Positions 18,107 through 28,500 of a DNA stretch of 64,000 nucleotides are shown here, one piece after another. The DNA is from a virus. The notes beneath the pieces were generated by a model. The model was not told the origin of the DNA. It saw only the letters and a list, made by a program, of their open reading frames with translations, and did not search any database. Numbering within the stretch: the stretch's first letter is position 1; each line of letters starts with the position of its first letter. Where the stretch lies: positions 1 to 64,000 of IMG/VR virus record IMGVR_UViG_3300021335_000009; one strand, given 5' to 3'. Made by a program: the position numbers and the translations under genes.

Positions 18107-19198
18107 ATGAAAATTACTTTAAAAAACACCCCAGAACAAGTCCAGCTTATCAAAGCAATGGCTTCTAAGGACAAGCATGTTGCTTATGAAGCTCAAACAG
18201 CTTTAGCTGAGTTTATTGGCCCTGTTCTTTCAGAAGTTATTAATAACGCCCCAGCGTTATCAAATCTTTTTACAAGCGTTCAATATAATTCAGAAGATAA
18301 TCCTTCGATCCCTTTGGATTTGTATTATGACGTTTCTGACGAAGATTACATTCAAGTTTTTAGTCAAACAAGAGCGGGGGGCCTTCCAACTTCGGAAGTT
18401 CATCCTACATCTTCAGAGCTTAAAATCGCTACATACTCTCTTGATTCTGCGGTAAGCTTTGATCGTCGCTATGCCGCCAAAAGCAGAATGGATGTTGTTG
18501 CTAAAACAATGACTCGTGTAGCTCAAGAAATCCTTTTGAAGCAAAACACTATTTCTGGAAATGTTATTATGAAAGCTTTAGGTGGGGCAACTACTAACGG
18601 CTTGTCTCATGTTATTTCGGCTAATACAGCAAACAGATTTACGCTTGCTGATTTAAACGCTCTAATGACACGATCAAAAAGAATCATAACTTCTTTTGTT
18701 GGAGGCACTCCTGATGCTCGCCAAGGACGCGGAATTACTGACATTATCACTTCTCCTGAAATTGTTGAAGAACTTCGTGCTATTGCTTACAACCCAATCA
18801 ATACTAAAGTTGCTCCTGCTGGATCTGGAACAGACTCTGTAAGAACTGCTGATGTGATTGCAGAACAAGCTTTTAGCGCTGCTGGAGCTCCTGAGTTTTA
18901 TGGAATTAATGTTATTGAGCTAAACGAGTTTGGCGACAACCAAAAATTCAACAAACTGTTTAAAGCTAATTATGCAGGATCATTTACTCAAGCTACGGAT
19001 CAAATTGTAGTAGGCATTGACCGCAGCCGCGAATCTTTAATTAGACCAATTGCTGTAGATGCCGAAAACGGATCAGATTTTAGCCTTGTCGCTGATGATC
19101 AATATAGCATCCGTCAAAAGAAAATCGGTTACTTCGGGGGTCTTGAAGAAGGCCGCGTAGTTGTTGATAATCGAGCTCTTCTAGGAGTCATCGTTTAA
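18107..19198 (+). CDS. Major capsid protein
   Basis: 363 aa, canonical position, followed by strong terminator; HK97-like C-terminus (IGYFG..EEG..V.DNRAL). Confidence 0.75.
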   Translation: MKITLKNTPEQVQLIKAMASKDKHVAYEAQTALAEFIGPVLSEVINNAPALSNLFTSVQYNSEDNPSIPLDLYYDVSDEDYIQVFSQTRAGGLPTSEVHPTSSELKIATYSLDSAVSFDRRYAAKSRMDVVAKTMTRVAQEILLKQNTISGNVIMKALGGATTNGLSHVISANTANRFTLADLNALMTRSKRIITSFVGGTPDARQGRGITDIITSPEIVEELRAIAYNPINTKVAPAGSGTDSVRTADVIAEQAFSAAGAPEFYGINVIELNEFGDNQKFNKLFKANYAGSFTQATDQIVVGIDRSRESLIRPIAVDAENGSDFSLVADDQYSIRQKKIGYFGGLEEGRVVVDNRALLGVIV

Positions 19199-19218
19199 TC
19201 TAAGTTAATTTAAAAACC

Positions 19219-19249
19219 AAAGCTACCTCGAAAGGGGTAGCTTTTTTTT
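19219..19249 (+). terminator. Rho-independent terminator after capsid operon
   Basis: AAAGCTACCTC-GAAA-GGGGTAGC + T8. Confidence 0.9.
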
Positions 19250-19284
19250 GTTTAATATTTAATTTTTTATTTTATAATATCTTT

Positions 19285-19818
19285 ATGGAAGATTTAAGCA
19301 ACCAAATTAACGAAGAAGGTCAAAAATACATTTCAACAGCAATTGAAGAAGAAAAGCCTGATATTTCTGATTTGCAATATACTGATGGAAAAGAAAGAGA
19401 CAATGTAGATGCAATAGAAGAAAAAGAAAAAATGCTAGGCATAAATAAAATATCTCCTTTTGGCGCGGGAAATATTTTAGTTTTTAAGAAAAAATTAGCC
19501 AGAATGAAGATGCCTCAAAAAGTAAGCCTTGCTGAAAAAACATCAACTAGGGTTTTTAAAGATGAAAGCCTGCAAGATAATGCTTTAATTAGAGCTTTTC
19601 ACGAATGGAAAATGACTAATTGGGATTCTGGCAGAACTATGATTCAAGCCCAAGTTGAAGAACTTTCTTCTGATTCTGTTGAAGACTTCGAATCTAAACT
19701 GCGAAAAAAAACACTATCAGAGCTTCAAGAAACAGCTATGAAATTAGGGCTTACTCCTTCTTTTGATAGAGTTAGAATTATAGCAGCATTAAAGCAACAG
19801 TTTTTGGATCAAATTTAA
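19285..19818 (+). CDS. Hypothetical protein
   Basis: 177 aa; C-terminal 'TLSELQETAMKLGL' resembles Rho-N/HeH small domain. Confidence 0.55.
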   Translation: MEDLSNQINEEGQKYISTAIEEEKPDISDLQYTDGKERDNVDAIEEKEKMLGINKISPFGAGNILVFKKKLARMKMPQKVSLAEKTSTRVFKDESLQDNALIRAFHEWKMTNWDSGRTMIQAQVEELSSDSVEDFESKLRKKTLSELQETAMKLGLTPSFDRVRIIAALKQQFLDQI

Positions 19819-19839
19819 TTTTTGGTGTAATGTACTTTA

Positions 19840-20304
19840 ATGAGTCGTTTAATTGATTTAGCTAATTCCATTTATATAAATGAATTTGATTCTAGTAATA
19901 TAACACTAGAGTCGATTTCTGGTTGGTTGGAGACTAACCTTGGCCAGCTTAATAACTCTATTTATTCAAGTTTTTCAGGAGTAAGTGGAGAAGTTAGTGG
20001 GCTAAATTTAGAAGAGCAAAACATTTACAAAGAGATGTTTTTATACCACTACTATCAGAAACAAACTCGAAACACTATTCGAGGGATAGCTAATGATACA
20101 AATGGTAACATTCTAAGCGTCAGAGACGGCGATAACGCCATTACATTTGTCAATAAGAATGAAGTGTCCAAAGTCTATAAATCTTTAGCTGAGGACTCTT
20201 ACAATAAGATGCAAGACCTGATTCATTCTTACAATGTTTACCAAGCAGGCCCAAGACAAGTTGGGGGAATTGAATCTGTAGCCCAACCAACAGGAACTAA
20301 TTAA
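19840..20304 (+). CDS. Putative head-tail adaptor
   Basis: 154 aa, GTGTAA motif upstream, position after capsid. Confidence 0.5.
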   Translation: MSRLIDLANSIYINEFDSSNITLESISGWLETNLGQLNNSIYSSFSGVSGEVSGLNLEEQNIYKEMFLYHYYQKQTRNTIRGIANDTNGNILSVRDGDNAITFVNKNEVSKVYKSLAEDSYNKMQDLIHSYNVYQAGPRQVGGIESVAQPTGTN

Positions 20305-20371
20305 TTTCTTCCAGAGTTTATCTCTGATAGCGTGATCACTGCATAGCGGGGGTTGCGCTTTTTTGTGCAAT

Positions 20372-20408
20372 AAAAAACCCCTTCCCGAAAGAAGAGGTTT
20401 TTGTTTTT
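20372..20408. terminator. Bidirectional terminator between convergent structural operons
   Basis: AAAAAACCCCTTC-CCGAAA-GAAGAGGTTTTTGTTTTT. Confidence 0.75.
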
Positions 20409-20422
20409 ATTAATTATTTTGA

Positions 20423-21562
20423 CTAAGCCTCTCTTGAGTTTCCAAGAACCGCTCCAGCATTAGAGCCAGAAAAGAATACATTATTTACTGTATCTTCTGG
20501 ACCACCAATCGAAAGAGAAAAAGTTAAATCAACTGTTTTGTTTGGCCCGATGCTAGAACTAAATGACTCCGTATCAAGTTTTAAGTTTGTCATTTTGTAA
20601 GAAGCTCTTGGCGTGTTTCCTGTATCAGAATCCTTAAAAGTAAATTGAAGCTCGCTAATGAACCCGTCATCATTAATAATATCAGTTAAGGCTCTTGTTT
20701 GAGTTTCGGAAACAATAGCAGAAACAGAAAGAGTTGGATTAATTGGAAAGTCAACAACACGAGCAAAAGAAAAACGAGTTCCTAACCTGTCAATTGGGCT
20801 TCTTCCAAGAGGGATTGACATAGAAACACTTTGTACGTGAGCCCCACCAGCGCCATCTAAATCAACAATTGTGTCTCCATCTGCATTTGCAAAAGACAAC
20901 TCAATATCTCCAGGTCTTAAAGCAGAAGGAATGTTTGCACCTGTTCCTTCGGAAGCGGCAGGAAAAACAACGCCTAAAGCTTGGTCTGCTAAAACTGTGC
21001 CAACTTCAGGATCAATACCAACTCCAGAAATGCCAGAATACCCATTGCTTGATCCAGATACATCTGCTGTAGCGTTCATATTTGTACCTTCATAAGATAC
21101 TGTGATTGTTGGAATTGAACCTACCGAAGCCTCAAGGGAGTAGTCAGTTAAGAATGCATTACCAACTCCAATAGTATTATAATTTGCAGAAGTTGTATTG
21201 AAGTTTGCGTCAACACCTTCTGGAGCGGTTAAAATGTAAAGATTTTGCCCACTTGTCGAAGAAATTTGTCCAGAAATAAATCCAGCATCAAGACTTGCTC
21301 CGTTTTTGAATTGAAGAGCCTGCTCGTTAAAGCCGTCACCTAGAAAGTAAGACATGTCAAAAGAAACAGTGGGAGCTTCAAGAATGATAGATTCAAGTCT
21401 TGCAAGCTGACCAAACTGATTAACGTCCTGACGAGGAACATTAAAAGAATAATTAGCAGATTGTACTCTGCGAAGTTGTGCGTGTTCGCTATCTCCAGTA
21501 GAATTTACTGTTTGACTTGCGAACAATGCGTCGGATTGATAAATAACTCTATTTTTAGCCAT
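20423..21562 (-). CDS. Major tail tube protein (putative)
   Basis: 379 aa S/G/T-rich; RVQSANYSF..RQDVNQFG motif with two internally similar halves. Confidence 0.6.
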   Translation of the reverse strand: MAKNRVIYQSDALFASQTVNSTGDSEHAQLRRVQSANYSFNVPRQDVNQFGQLARLESIILEAPTVSFDMSYFLGDGFNEQALQFKNGASLDAGFISGQISSTSGQNLYILTAPEGVDANFNTTSANYNTIGVGNAFLTDYSLEASVGSIPTITVSYEGTNMNATADVSGSSNGYSGISGVGIDPEVGTVLADQALGVVFPAASEGTGANIPSALRPGDIELSFANADGDTIVDLDGAGGAHVQSVSMSIPLGRSPIDRLGTRFSFARVVDFPINPTLSVSAIVSETQTRALTDIINDDGFISELQFTFKDSDTGNTPRASYKMTNLKLDTESFSSSIGPNKTVDLTFSLSIGGPEDTVNNVFFSGSNAGAVLGNSREA

Positions 21563-21604
21563 AATAATTTATTGTATTTACAGTTAATGTTTGTGAATGT
21601 GAAA

Positions 21605-22426
21605 TTAAGACCTTGGAAATCTTGCCGTCGAAACATCAAAATCTATAAAGCCTACTTTAAGACTTCCAGGAATGCCGTTTTGAGCTCTTTCTGAAAATTT
21701 TGAAACAGTTACATCTTCTATGTAGTATGTTCCATTATGAGAATTATTTTGGCAAATATCGGCGTAATTATATGAGCCATTTTTAATATCTCCATACTCA
21801 GTTGAAGGGTGTCCAGTAAAGGGAATTTTATTAATATACGCCCTTGAAGAATCTGCAAATATAGACAAAACGCCGTCGAGTTGATAATCATTTTCTGCTA
21901 AAACTACTGCTTTGATTGTACTTGTGGTTAAATCTTCGCCCCCAAAAGCAAACCCTTCATTTTTCATAAATTCGCAATTTATAAAAATAGCTGGAATCAT
22001 TTGGTCATAAGGAGCAACTCCACTAGGAACTTGATCGTATCTAGAATTTAATTCAAATTTGCCTTCTAGTATTAAGTTCTCTTCGGTTTCATTAGTGATA
22101 TAAATGTTAAAATCTTTTACGCAAAAAGATCCTGTAATAGTTTCGCTATCAGAAAAATTTCCTCCTGTTTCTATTATTCTCCCATTTTCAAAATCAAAAA
22201 TTAAATCGTCGCTTCTTCCGCTTCCGTTAAATCCTGTCGGTATAATTGGATTTGTGTCTCCAGAAACAGAAGAATCATTTACCCATTGTTTGTAAGGGCT
22301 TGCGTACGCTTTGTAAGAAGACGGGAGCCTGCTGTCTTCAAAATGATAAAAAGCTCCTGTTTTGTTTGAATAAGCCTCTCCTTTTTGTAAAAGGTTGTTA
22401 TCAAACCATAAAGAAAAGCTTGTCAT
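21605..22426 (-). CDS. Putative tail terminator/neck protein (possible ATC start at 22453)
   Basis: 273 aa adjacent to tube gene; perfect SD upstream of in-frame ATC. Confidence 0.5.
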   Translation of the reverse strand: MTSFSLWFDNNLLQKGEAYSNKTGAFYHFEDSRLPSSYKAYASPYKQWVNDSSVSGDTNPIIPTGFNGSGRSDDLIFDFENGRIIETGGNFSDSETITGSFCVKDFNIYITNETEENLILEGKFELNSRYDQVPSGVAPYDQMIPAIFINCEFMKNEGFAFGGEDLTTSTIKAVVLAENDYQLDGVLSIFADSSRAYINKIPFTGHPSTEYGDIKNGSYNYADICQNNSHNGTYYIEDVTVSKFSERAQNGIPGSLKVGFIDFDVSTARFPRS

Positions 22427-22485
22427 TAATTCGTGTTGATATTGCGGTTTGATAGATACCTCCTTGTTTAAAATATGTTTTACAC

Positions 22486-23070
22486 TCAGAATTGAAGTGC
22501 GGAAAATTCTTTTTCATATCTTTTTATAAAATCAGATATGTATTTTATGTTTTTGAATTTTATTCCTTTTTGTGTCCTATATTGACTTTGAATACCAAAG
22601 CCAGCTCTACTACTGTCGCTTGTTTTTGCTATGTACCACCCAACTCCAGAAATTCCTGTTTCTATTCCTTTCGCCCAACTACGTCCAGGAGCCCAAGGCA
22701 TAGGAGTTACTTGAAAAATATCTTTCGCTGTCGGCAAATTGACTCTATATTTTAAAGTTTTTCCCGAATATCCAATGTAACTTAAAAATGTACTTTCTAA
22801 AAGGGTTAATATAGGCTTAATAGGTTCTTCTCCTGAATCAAAACCAATAAAAGAAAACAAATTACCTCTTTTCCCTGATAAAGTTTTGCTTATGTTTTTT
22901 GCTGTAATTCCTTCTGAAAGCTCTAGAGTCACTGGATGATCCAAAAATTCTTCAATCATTTCTCTTTTTTTATTCTCAAAAGATCTTTCTACTTCAACTG
23001 TTATTAAAGACTGAGAATCTTTGACTAATTTTGAGGTGATTTCTTTTTGTAATTGAAAATTTTTCATCAC
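22486..23070 (-). CDS. Putative neck/tail-completion protein
   Basis: 194 aa basic protein in the head-tail joining block. Confidence 0.45.
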   Translation of the reverse strand: MMKNFQLQKEITSKLVKDSQSLITVEVERSFENKKREMIEEFLDHPVTLELSEGITAKNISKTLSGKRGNLFSFIGFDSGEEPIKPILTLLESTFLSYIGYSGKTLKYRVNLPTAKDIFQVTPMPWAPGRSWAKGIETGISGVGWYIAKTSDSSRAGFGIQSQYRTQKGIKFKNIKYISDFIKRYEKEFSALQF

Positions 23071-23525
23071 TCTTCAATTGGCGATAAATAAAAATGATAA
23101 TATTGTGGCCCAAAAATACCAGTAGGATTTCCTTTGCTGTTTATAGTGTATTTTCTACCTTCAAATTCGCATCGTTTTGCTTTTTTTAATAATCTAAATC
23201 CATCTTCATCTACAGTAATCCTTACAGAGCCGCTAATTAATTGAATATCTAATTGAGAATCAATATCTCCGTCTGTTAGTCTTTTTTCTTTTGAATTTAT
23301 ATATTTGATTCTTGCTTGAATTGTATGACTTACTACGATTCTTTGGACTGTTTCAGCTCCGCTTGAGTTTCTTGAGTATATACTATTAAACTCGGAGCTT
23401 GAAGAAATTAATACTTTTTCGCCATCTTCGAAGACTTTAATCTCTCTAGCAAAGGTGCTATGTATATCATCTATAATACTTTTGATTGTATTTTTTTGAG
23501 AATCCGAAATTAAAGAATTTGCCAT
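23067..23525 (-). CDS. Putative head-closure protein
   Basis: 152 aa beta-rich, 'EFEGRKYTI' C-terminal motif; GTGTAA 8 nt upstream. Confidence 0.5.
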   Translation of the reverse strand: MANSLISDSQKNTIKSIIDDIHSTFAREIKVFEDGEKVLISSSSEFNSIYSRNSSGAETVQRIVVSHTIQARIKYINSKEKRLTDGDIDSQLDIQLISGSVRITVDEDGFRLLKKAKRCEFEGRKYTINSKGNPTGIFGPQYYHFYLSPIEE

Positions 23526-23533
23526 ATCTGTAT

Positions 23534-23553
23534 TTACACAAAAAAAAGTGTAA
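23534..23553. promoter_or_regulatory. Back-to-back divergent late promoter motifs
   Basis: TTACAC-A8-GTGTAA between divergent structural operons. Confidence 0.7.
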
Positions 23554-23577
23554 CCTATTACAGGAAAAAGGAAAATT

Positions 23578-23868
23578 ATGATAGCAAAGGATTTTTTAAA
23601 TGATCGTTCAGACCATTATATACGTTTTTTATTTAAATCGTTTTTAAATATTTTAGAAGACTTACAATCTCACCATGAGATAAATTTTGAAAAACTTTAT
23701 GACAGTTTGCCAAAAGAATATCACGATTTGATTGATATGGCAGACTATTTTGACGAAGATTATTTTTCAAACTACAGAAAAAAAGTATTAGATCTTGGAA
23801 ATTCTGTTTTAAGGGATTATAATAATGAAGTAGAGAATCTAACTGTTGAGTTCAGATTTAAGCAATAA
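23578..23868 (+). CDS. Hypothetical protein
   Basis: 96 aa ORF, AG-rich RBS. Confidence 0.6.
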   Translation: MIAKDFLNDRSDHYIRFLFKSFLNILEDLQSHHEINFEKLYDSLPKEYHDLIDMADYFDEDYFSNYRKKVLDLGNSVLRDYNNEVENLTVEFRFKQ

Positions 23869-23873
23869 ATATT

Positions 23874-24596
23874 ATGAAAACTATTTACGAATTCACCTTA
23901 AAGAAAAAAGTCAAAAAACAAGTAGAGCAAAAAAGAACGACAAAAGATGGAGAAGAAGAAATTGTCCTTGTCAATAAGACTGTTTCTGTTCCTGTAAAGT
24001 TTGTCGTAAAAAAACCTACTAGAAGGCTAGTAGATGACGCTGAAGTTTTTTATTCCGTTCAATTAAGCAAAGCTATTAAAATGGGTATTGTTACAAAAGC
24101 AATGCTTGTCAAAAAATATGCCGACAATGGAGGGGCTTTGTCAGAAGAAGAGAATAAGCATTTATTAAAGTCTTTGAAGGCTTTAAATGATATGCAAAAT
24201 GAATATCAACTATTAGAGGTTTCAAAGAAAAAAGAAGACGAGCAAAAAAAAGAAGAGTTAAAATTAAAAATAGTTTCTCTTCAAAGGGAAATGCAAGAAT
24301 TAGAAGCTTCTCTTCAATCTGTTTACGAACACACTGCTGATGCAAAAGCAGAGCAAGAGACTCTTTTGTGGTATGCCTCAAATCTAGCACAAATAGAAAC
24401 AGAAGGAGGATTTAAGGACTTTTTTGAAGGAGATGATTTCGAAGAAAAAAGAGAAGATCTTTATGAAAAATTCGAAGATGAAAAAGGGTTTGATTACGAA
24501 GCTACTTCTATAATTTGCAAAGTAATTGGTTATTGGGTTTATAATCAAAATTGCGAAAAGAAGGATATAGAAAAGTTCATCAAAGATGGACAATGA
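23874..24596 (+). CDS. Putative tail assembly chaperone
   Basis: 240 aa charged coiled coil upstream of tape measure. Confidence 0.45.
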   Translation: MKTIYEFTLKKKVKKQVEQKRTTKDGEEEIVLVNKTVSVPVKFVVKKPTRRLVDDAEVFYSVQLSKAIKMGIVTKAMLVKKYADNGGALSEEENKHLLKSLKALNDMQNEYQLLEVSKKKEDEQKKEELKLKIVSLQREMQELEASLQSVYEHTADAKAEQETLLWYASNLAQIETEGGFKDFFEGDDFEEKREDLYEKFEDEKGFDYEATSIICKVIGYWVYNQNCEKKDIEKFIKDGQ

Positions 24597-25560
24597 TCTA
24601 AGCCTAGAGATAGTTTCTGAAATTTTGCAAGGAGTTACTGTACTAAGTAGCTCCTTTGGTTCTTTATACCTAAAACACTTGTCCCAATTCGACCAAAGAG
24701 AGTTAATATCTAAATCCAAGCTATTTAAAAAAGAAGCTTTGTCAAAAGGATTATCTACCGAAAAAGACGCTTTACAAGATTTGATAAAACACGAAATTTG
24801 GTCAGAAAAAAACGAGGAAAAAATTAAAAATCTAAATTTAGAAATAGAAAATTTAAAAAAAATAAATTCTCAGTTAATTTTGCCATCCAAAAAAAAGGAG
24901 ATGCAAAAACAATTAAAAGATAAGCAAAACGCTTTGATTTTAATTAGCGCCGAAAAAGAAGACCTACTTGGACTTACAGTAGAAAAATATTCAAACAACA
25001 AAATACAAAAAAATATTGTAAGCAATATGCTTTTTTACGATAAGCAGTTTACAAAAAGTGTTTTTGAAGATTTGTATGTTGATGAAATGTCCAAAGAAGT
25101 AGAGGTTTATAAAATTCAAAAAAGTTTTTTCGAAAAATTTAATGACGATTCTATATCTAAGGCTGCTTTAAGTGATAATTTTTCAGTTTATCTTCCTTTT
25201 TGTGAGGATGTTTTAGGTGTTTTTGGCAAGCCCTTGTCGCAATTAACCACTTATCAATTAAAGTTAATATCTTTTGGTAGGTATTTTTTAAATATTTTTA
25301 AAAACTCTACTAAAGAAATTCCTGAAAACGTAGCAAAAGACCCAGAGCTTTTAATAAGTTTTTACGAAAATCAAAAAGAAGGGTCAAAAAGACATACTTC
25401 AAAATCAGATGAAGGAGGATCTACTTATTTTGGGGCAACAAAAGAAGATTTAAAGTCAATTAAAGCTGATGATGAAAATGTTGTTGTTTTGTCAGAAGAA
25501 ATAAAAAAACAAGGAGGATCTTTAAATATGCAACAAATGATGGATTTACATAAAATATAA
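24586..25560 (+). CDS. Putative tail assembly chaperone
   Basis: 324 aa directly before tape measure. Confidence 0.45.
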   Translation: MDNDLSLEIVSEILQGVTVLSSSFGSLYLKHLSQFDQRELISKSKLFKKEALSKGLSTEKDALQDLIKHEIWSEKNEEKIKNLNLEIENLKKINSQLILPSKKKEMQKQLKDKQNALILISAEKEDLLGLTVEKYSNNKIQKNIVSNMLFYDKQFTKSVFEDLYVDEMSKEVEVYKIQKSFFEKFNDDSISKAALSDNFSVYLPFCEDVLGVFGKPLSQLTTYQLKLISFGRYFLNIFKNSTKEIPENVAKDPELLISFYENQKEGSKRHTSKSDEGGSTYFGATKEDLKSIKADDENVVVLSEEIKKQGGSLNMQQMMDLHKI

Positions 25561-25574
25561 GTGTAATAATTTTT

Positions 25575-28500
25575 ATGTCGGTTCAAGTAGGAGTAAGTTT
25601 AAGTCCAGTAGATACAAGAAAAGTTGACGCTGCTTTAGTAAGAATTCAGTCTGCGGCTAAAGGTGTTAGTTTTGGAGGCGGAGCTAAGTCTATTGAAAAG
25701 CTGTCAAGACCTCTTGGCAAAATCACTGGGCAAGCCACAGAGTTTCAAAAATCACTAGAAGCTTCTAATGCCCGTGTTATAGCTTTTGGTGCTTCTGTCG
25801 CTGTCATAAATAAACTTTCAGAAGCTTTTGCGGCTCTTGTTCAAAATACAGTTAAAGTTGAAGCTACTTTTGCAAAAATAAATATTATTCTTGGAGGAAC
25901 TCAACAGCAATTAGAAGAATTTGGAAATGGTATTTTTTCCGTAGCAAAAAAAACAGCAACTTCTTTTGACGAGGTTGCTGAAGGGGCTTTAGAATTAGCT
26001 CGTCAAGGTTTAGGTGTTGAAGAATCTTTATCAAGGGTTGAGACTGCTTTAAAACTTGTTCGCGTATCTGGTATAGATTCTAAGCAGGCTGTTGAAGGTT
26101 TAACGGCTGCTGTTAAAGGCTTTTCTGACAGTGGAATAACAGTGGCTCAAATTGCAGATAAACTGGCAGAGGTTGATACTAAATTTGCTGTTTCTACTGA
26201 AGATTTAATTAATGGTCTAGAAAGAGCCTCTGCTTCCGCTCGTGTTGCTGGGGTTTCTTTTGATGAACTTCTTGCTGCTGTAACCACTGTTCAAGAAAGA
26301 ACTCAACGTGGCGGTGCTGTTATCGGTAATGCTTTTAAAACTATTTTTGCTAGATTAGGAAGAGTAGATACCTTGGCCGTATTAGAAGATTTAGGGATTA
26401 ATGTTTTAGACGTACAAGGAAATGTTAGAGCGGCGGTCCCTTTATTTGAAGAACTTGCTGCAAAACTAGAAGGAATTGGTCTAAAAAGCGTAGAAGCAGG
26501 CAAAATTATACAAGAGGTTGCTGGTGTTAGACAGAGAGATATTTTAATTAGTTTAATTGAAGATTTAAATTCGGGCCAAAGTCAATTTGCTGCGGCTTTA
26601 AACGTGTCTGCTACTGCTGCTGGAGGTTTAGATAAAAAAAATGAATCTTTAAATAAAACTCTAGAAGCTTTAATTAACAATTTAACAGTCGGATCTCAAA
26701 AACTAGCTTCTGTTATTGGGGATTTAGGATTTACAGAATCAGCAAAAGACATTTTAAAAGCAATTTCTTCTGTAGTAAATGGAATTACTGATTTACTAAA
26801 AGGGGATTCAGTAGGGGCTAAATTTGCACAGGGAATTGTTAAGGGGATTGGTAGTATTTTAACTGGACCTGGAATAGCTTTAATTGGAGCAATATTTGTA
26901 AAACTTTTTGTTGATTTAACTAGGTTCGGAGCAAATTCACTAAAAAATATTTTAGGAGTTAATAAAGCAGCTCAAGAACAAAAAGCTCTTCAATCGTCTG
27001 TTCTTCAAACTCTTTTGCAAAACGAAAACATCCAAAAAGAAATTTTAAATCTTGAAGGAAATAAAGTAGCGCAAGAACAGCTTCTTTTAAGAATCTACAA
27101 TGATCAAATTAAAGCCTTAGAAAAAGTTAAAAAAGCTGCGGCGACTGTAACCCCTGGTCTTTTTGCTGCTGGCCTTAAAGGAGGCGAAAAAGGTGTTACA
27201 AAAAGAGCTGCCGATGGATACATAGCTTCAGAAAAACGCGATGTGGCCAATGGTGTTGGCGGAGCTCCGTCAAGTGCAAAAGTAGTATCTATTCCTAATT
27301 TTGCTTTCGGAGGTGGTAAAAAAGGAACAATGATAGCTAATACTAGCGAGTATTATGTTCCGAATTATGCTGGAGGTGGAGACGCTATATTTAATCAAGA
27401 CATGGTTAAAACAATGGGTCTTCCTGCTGGAGCTAAAAAAATAAATGCGGCTGGAGGATTTATTCCTAATTTTAGTATTTATTCTGATTTGTTAAAAAGA
27501 GCGCAAGACAGAAAAAGAGGCATAGACTCTAGTATCGCATCTAACCTTAGAAAAAACAAAATAACACAAAAAGAAGCTGAAGAATTAACCAAAATAGCTC
27601 AAGATGCTAGATCTGGCGCTGCCCCATCGATAGCTGTACAGCAAAAACAAAGAGAGAAGAAAAAAGAAGAAAAAGAAGCTTCTACTCTTTTTGATCGTAG
27701 AACTTTAATGATAATTCCTAGAAAAAGTAAAAAATTACAGGATGAGTATGGAATTCATAAAGGGCGACGAGTTGGATTTAAAGTAGCTGGATACGACAGC
27801 TATGAACAAGCTAAAGGCAAGCTTTTAAATGACGAGGAAATAGATAGAAAATTAGAAAATTTTGCATTAAATCTTGCTAACTCCGAATCCGCCAAAATCG
27901 GAAGCCCAATAAAACCAGAAAGATTAAGAGAAATTCCAAACAAAGGAGCTTTATCAGCCTTATCGGGAGTTATATTTGAAGCTTCTTTGGCGTCCATTAT
28001 AAAATCAAAAGATTTTGTAACAAACAATGCTAGATTTGATTTCGTAGGAAAAGATAAAGCGTCTAAGTTAAGAAAATCTTTGTTTTCTACAATACCAAAT
28101 ACAGCAACTCATATAGATGCGAAAATTAGACCATCTAAAGACAACAATGAAAGCTTTGCTAGTAAGGTTTTAAGTCTAAACGCTTCAAAAGGATACATTC
28201 CTAATTTTGCGTCTAATCCATTAGAAGATGCTATAGCCAGAGAAAAAGCCGCTGGACTTCCAATTAATCAAATCAGGATTAATCAAAGCGGAAAACTTCG
28301 AAATTCTCAAAACCCAATGGGTCTTGCTGTAACTAATACAAGAGATGAGCCAACTGGAAGAATTCCAAATTTTGCACAAATGTCTCTGGAAGAGGCTAAA
28401 AAAAACATGTCTCCAAAACAAATTTTATCTGGCTTTGCAGGCACACAAGCAAAGTTGGACTTTGCTGACGAATTATCAAAAAGCGCTGAAAAAGCATCTT

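Noticed and set aside
20305-20371. GC-richer 65-nt stretch with small hairpins and ORF 20185-20370(-)
   Set aside because: Helices are short, and the ORF overlaps a convergent gene and starts behind a terminator; not enough support
24560-24600. Programmed frameshift between the two tail chaperone genes
   Set aside because: No clear XXXYYYZ slippery site at the overlap, and the second gene has its own ATG
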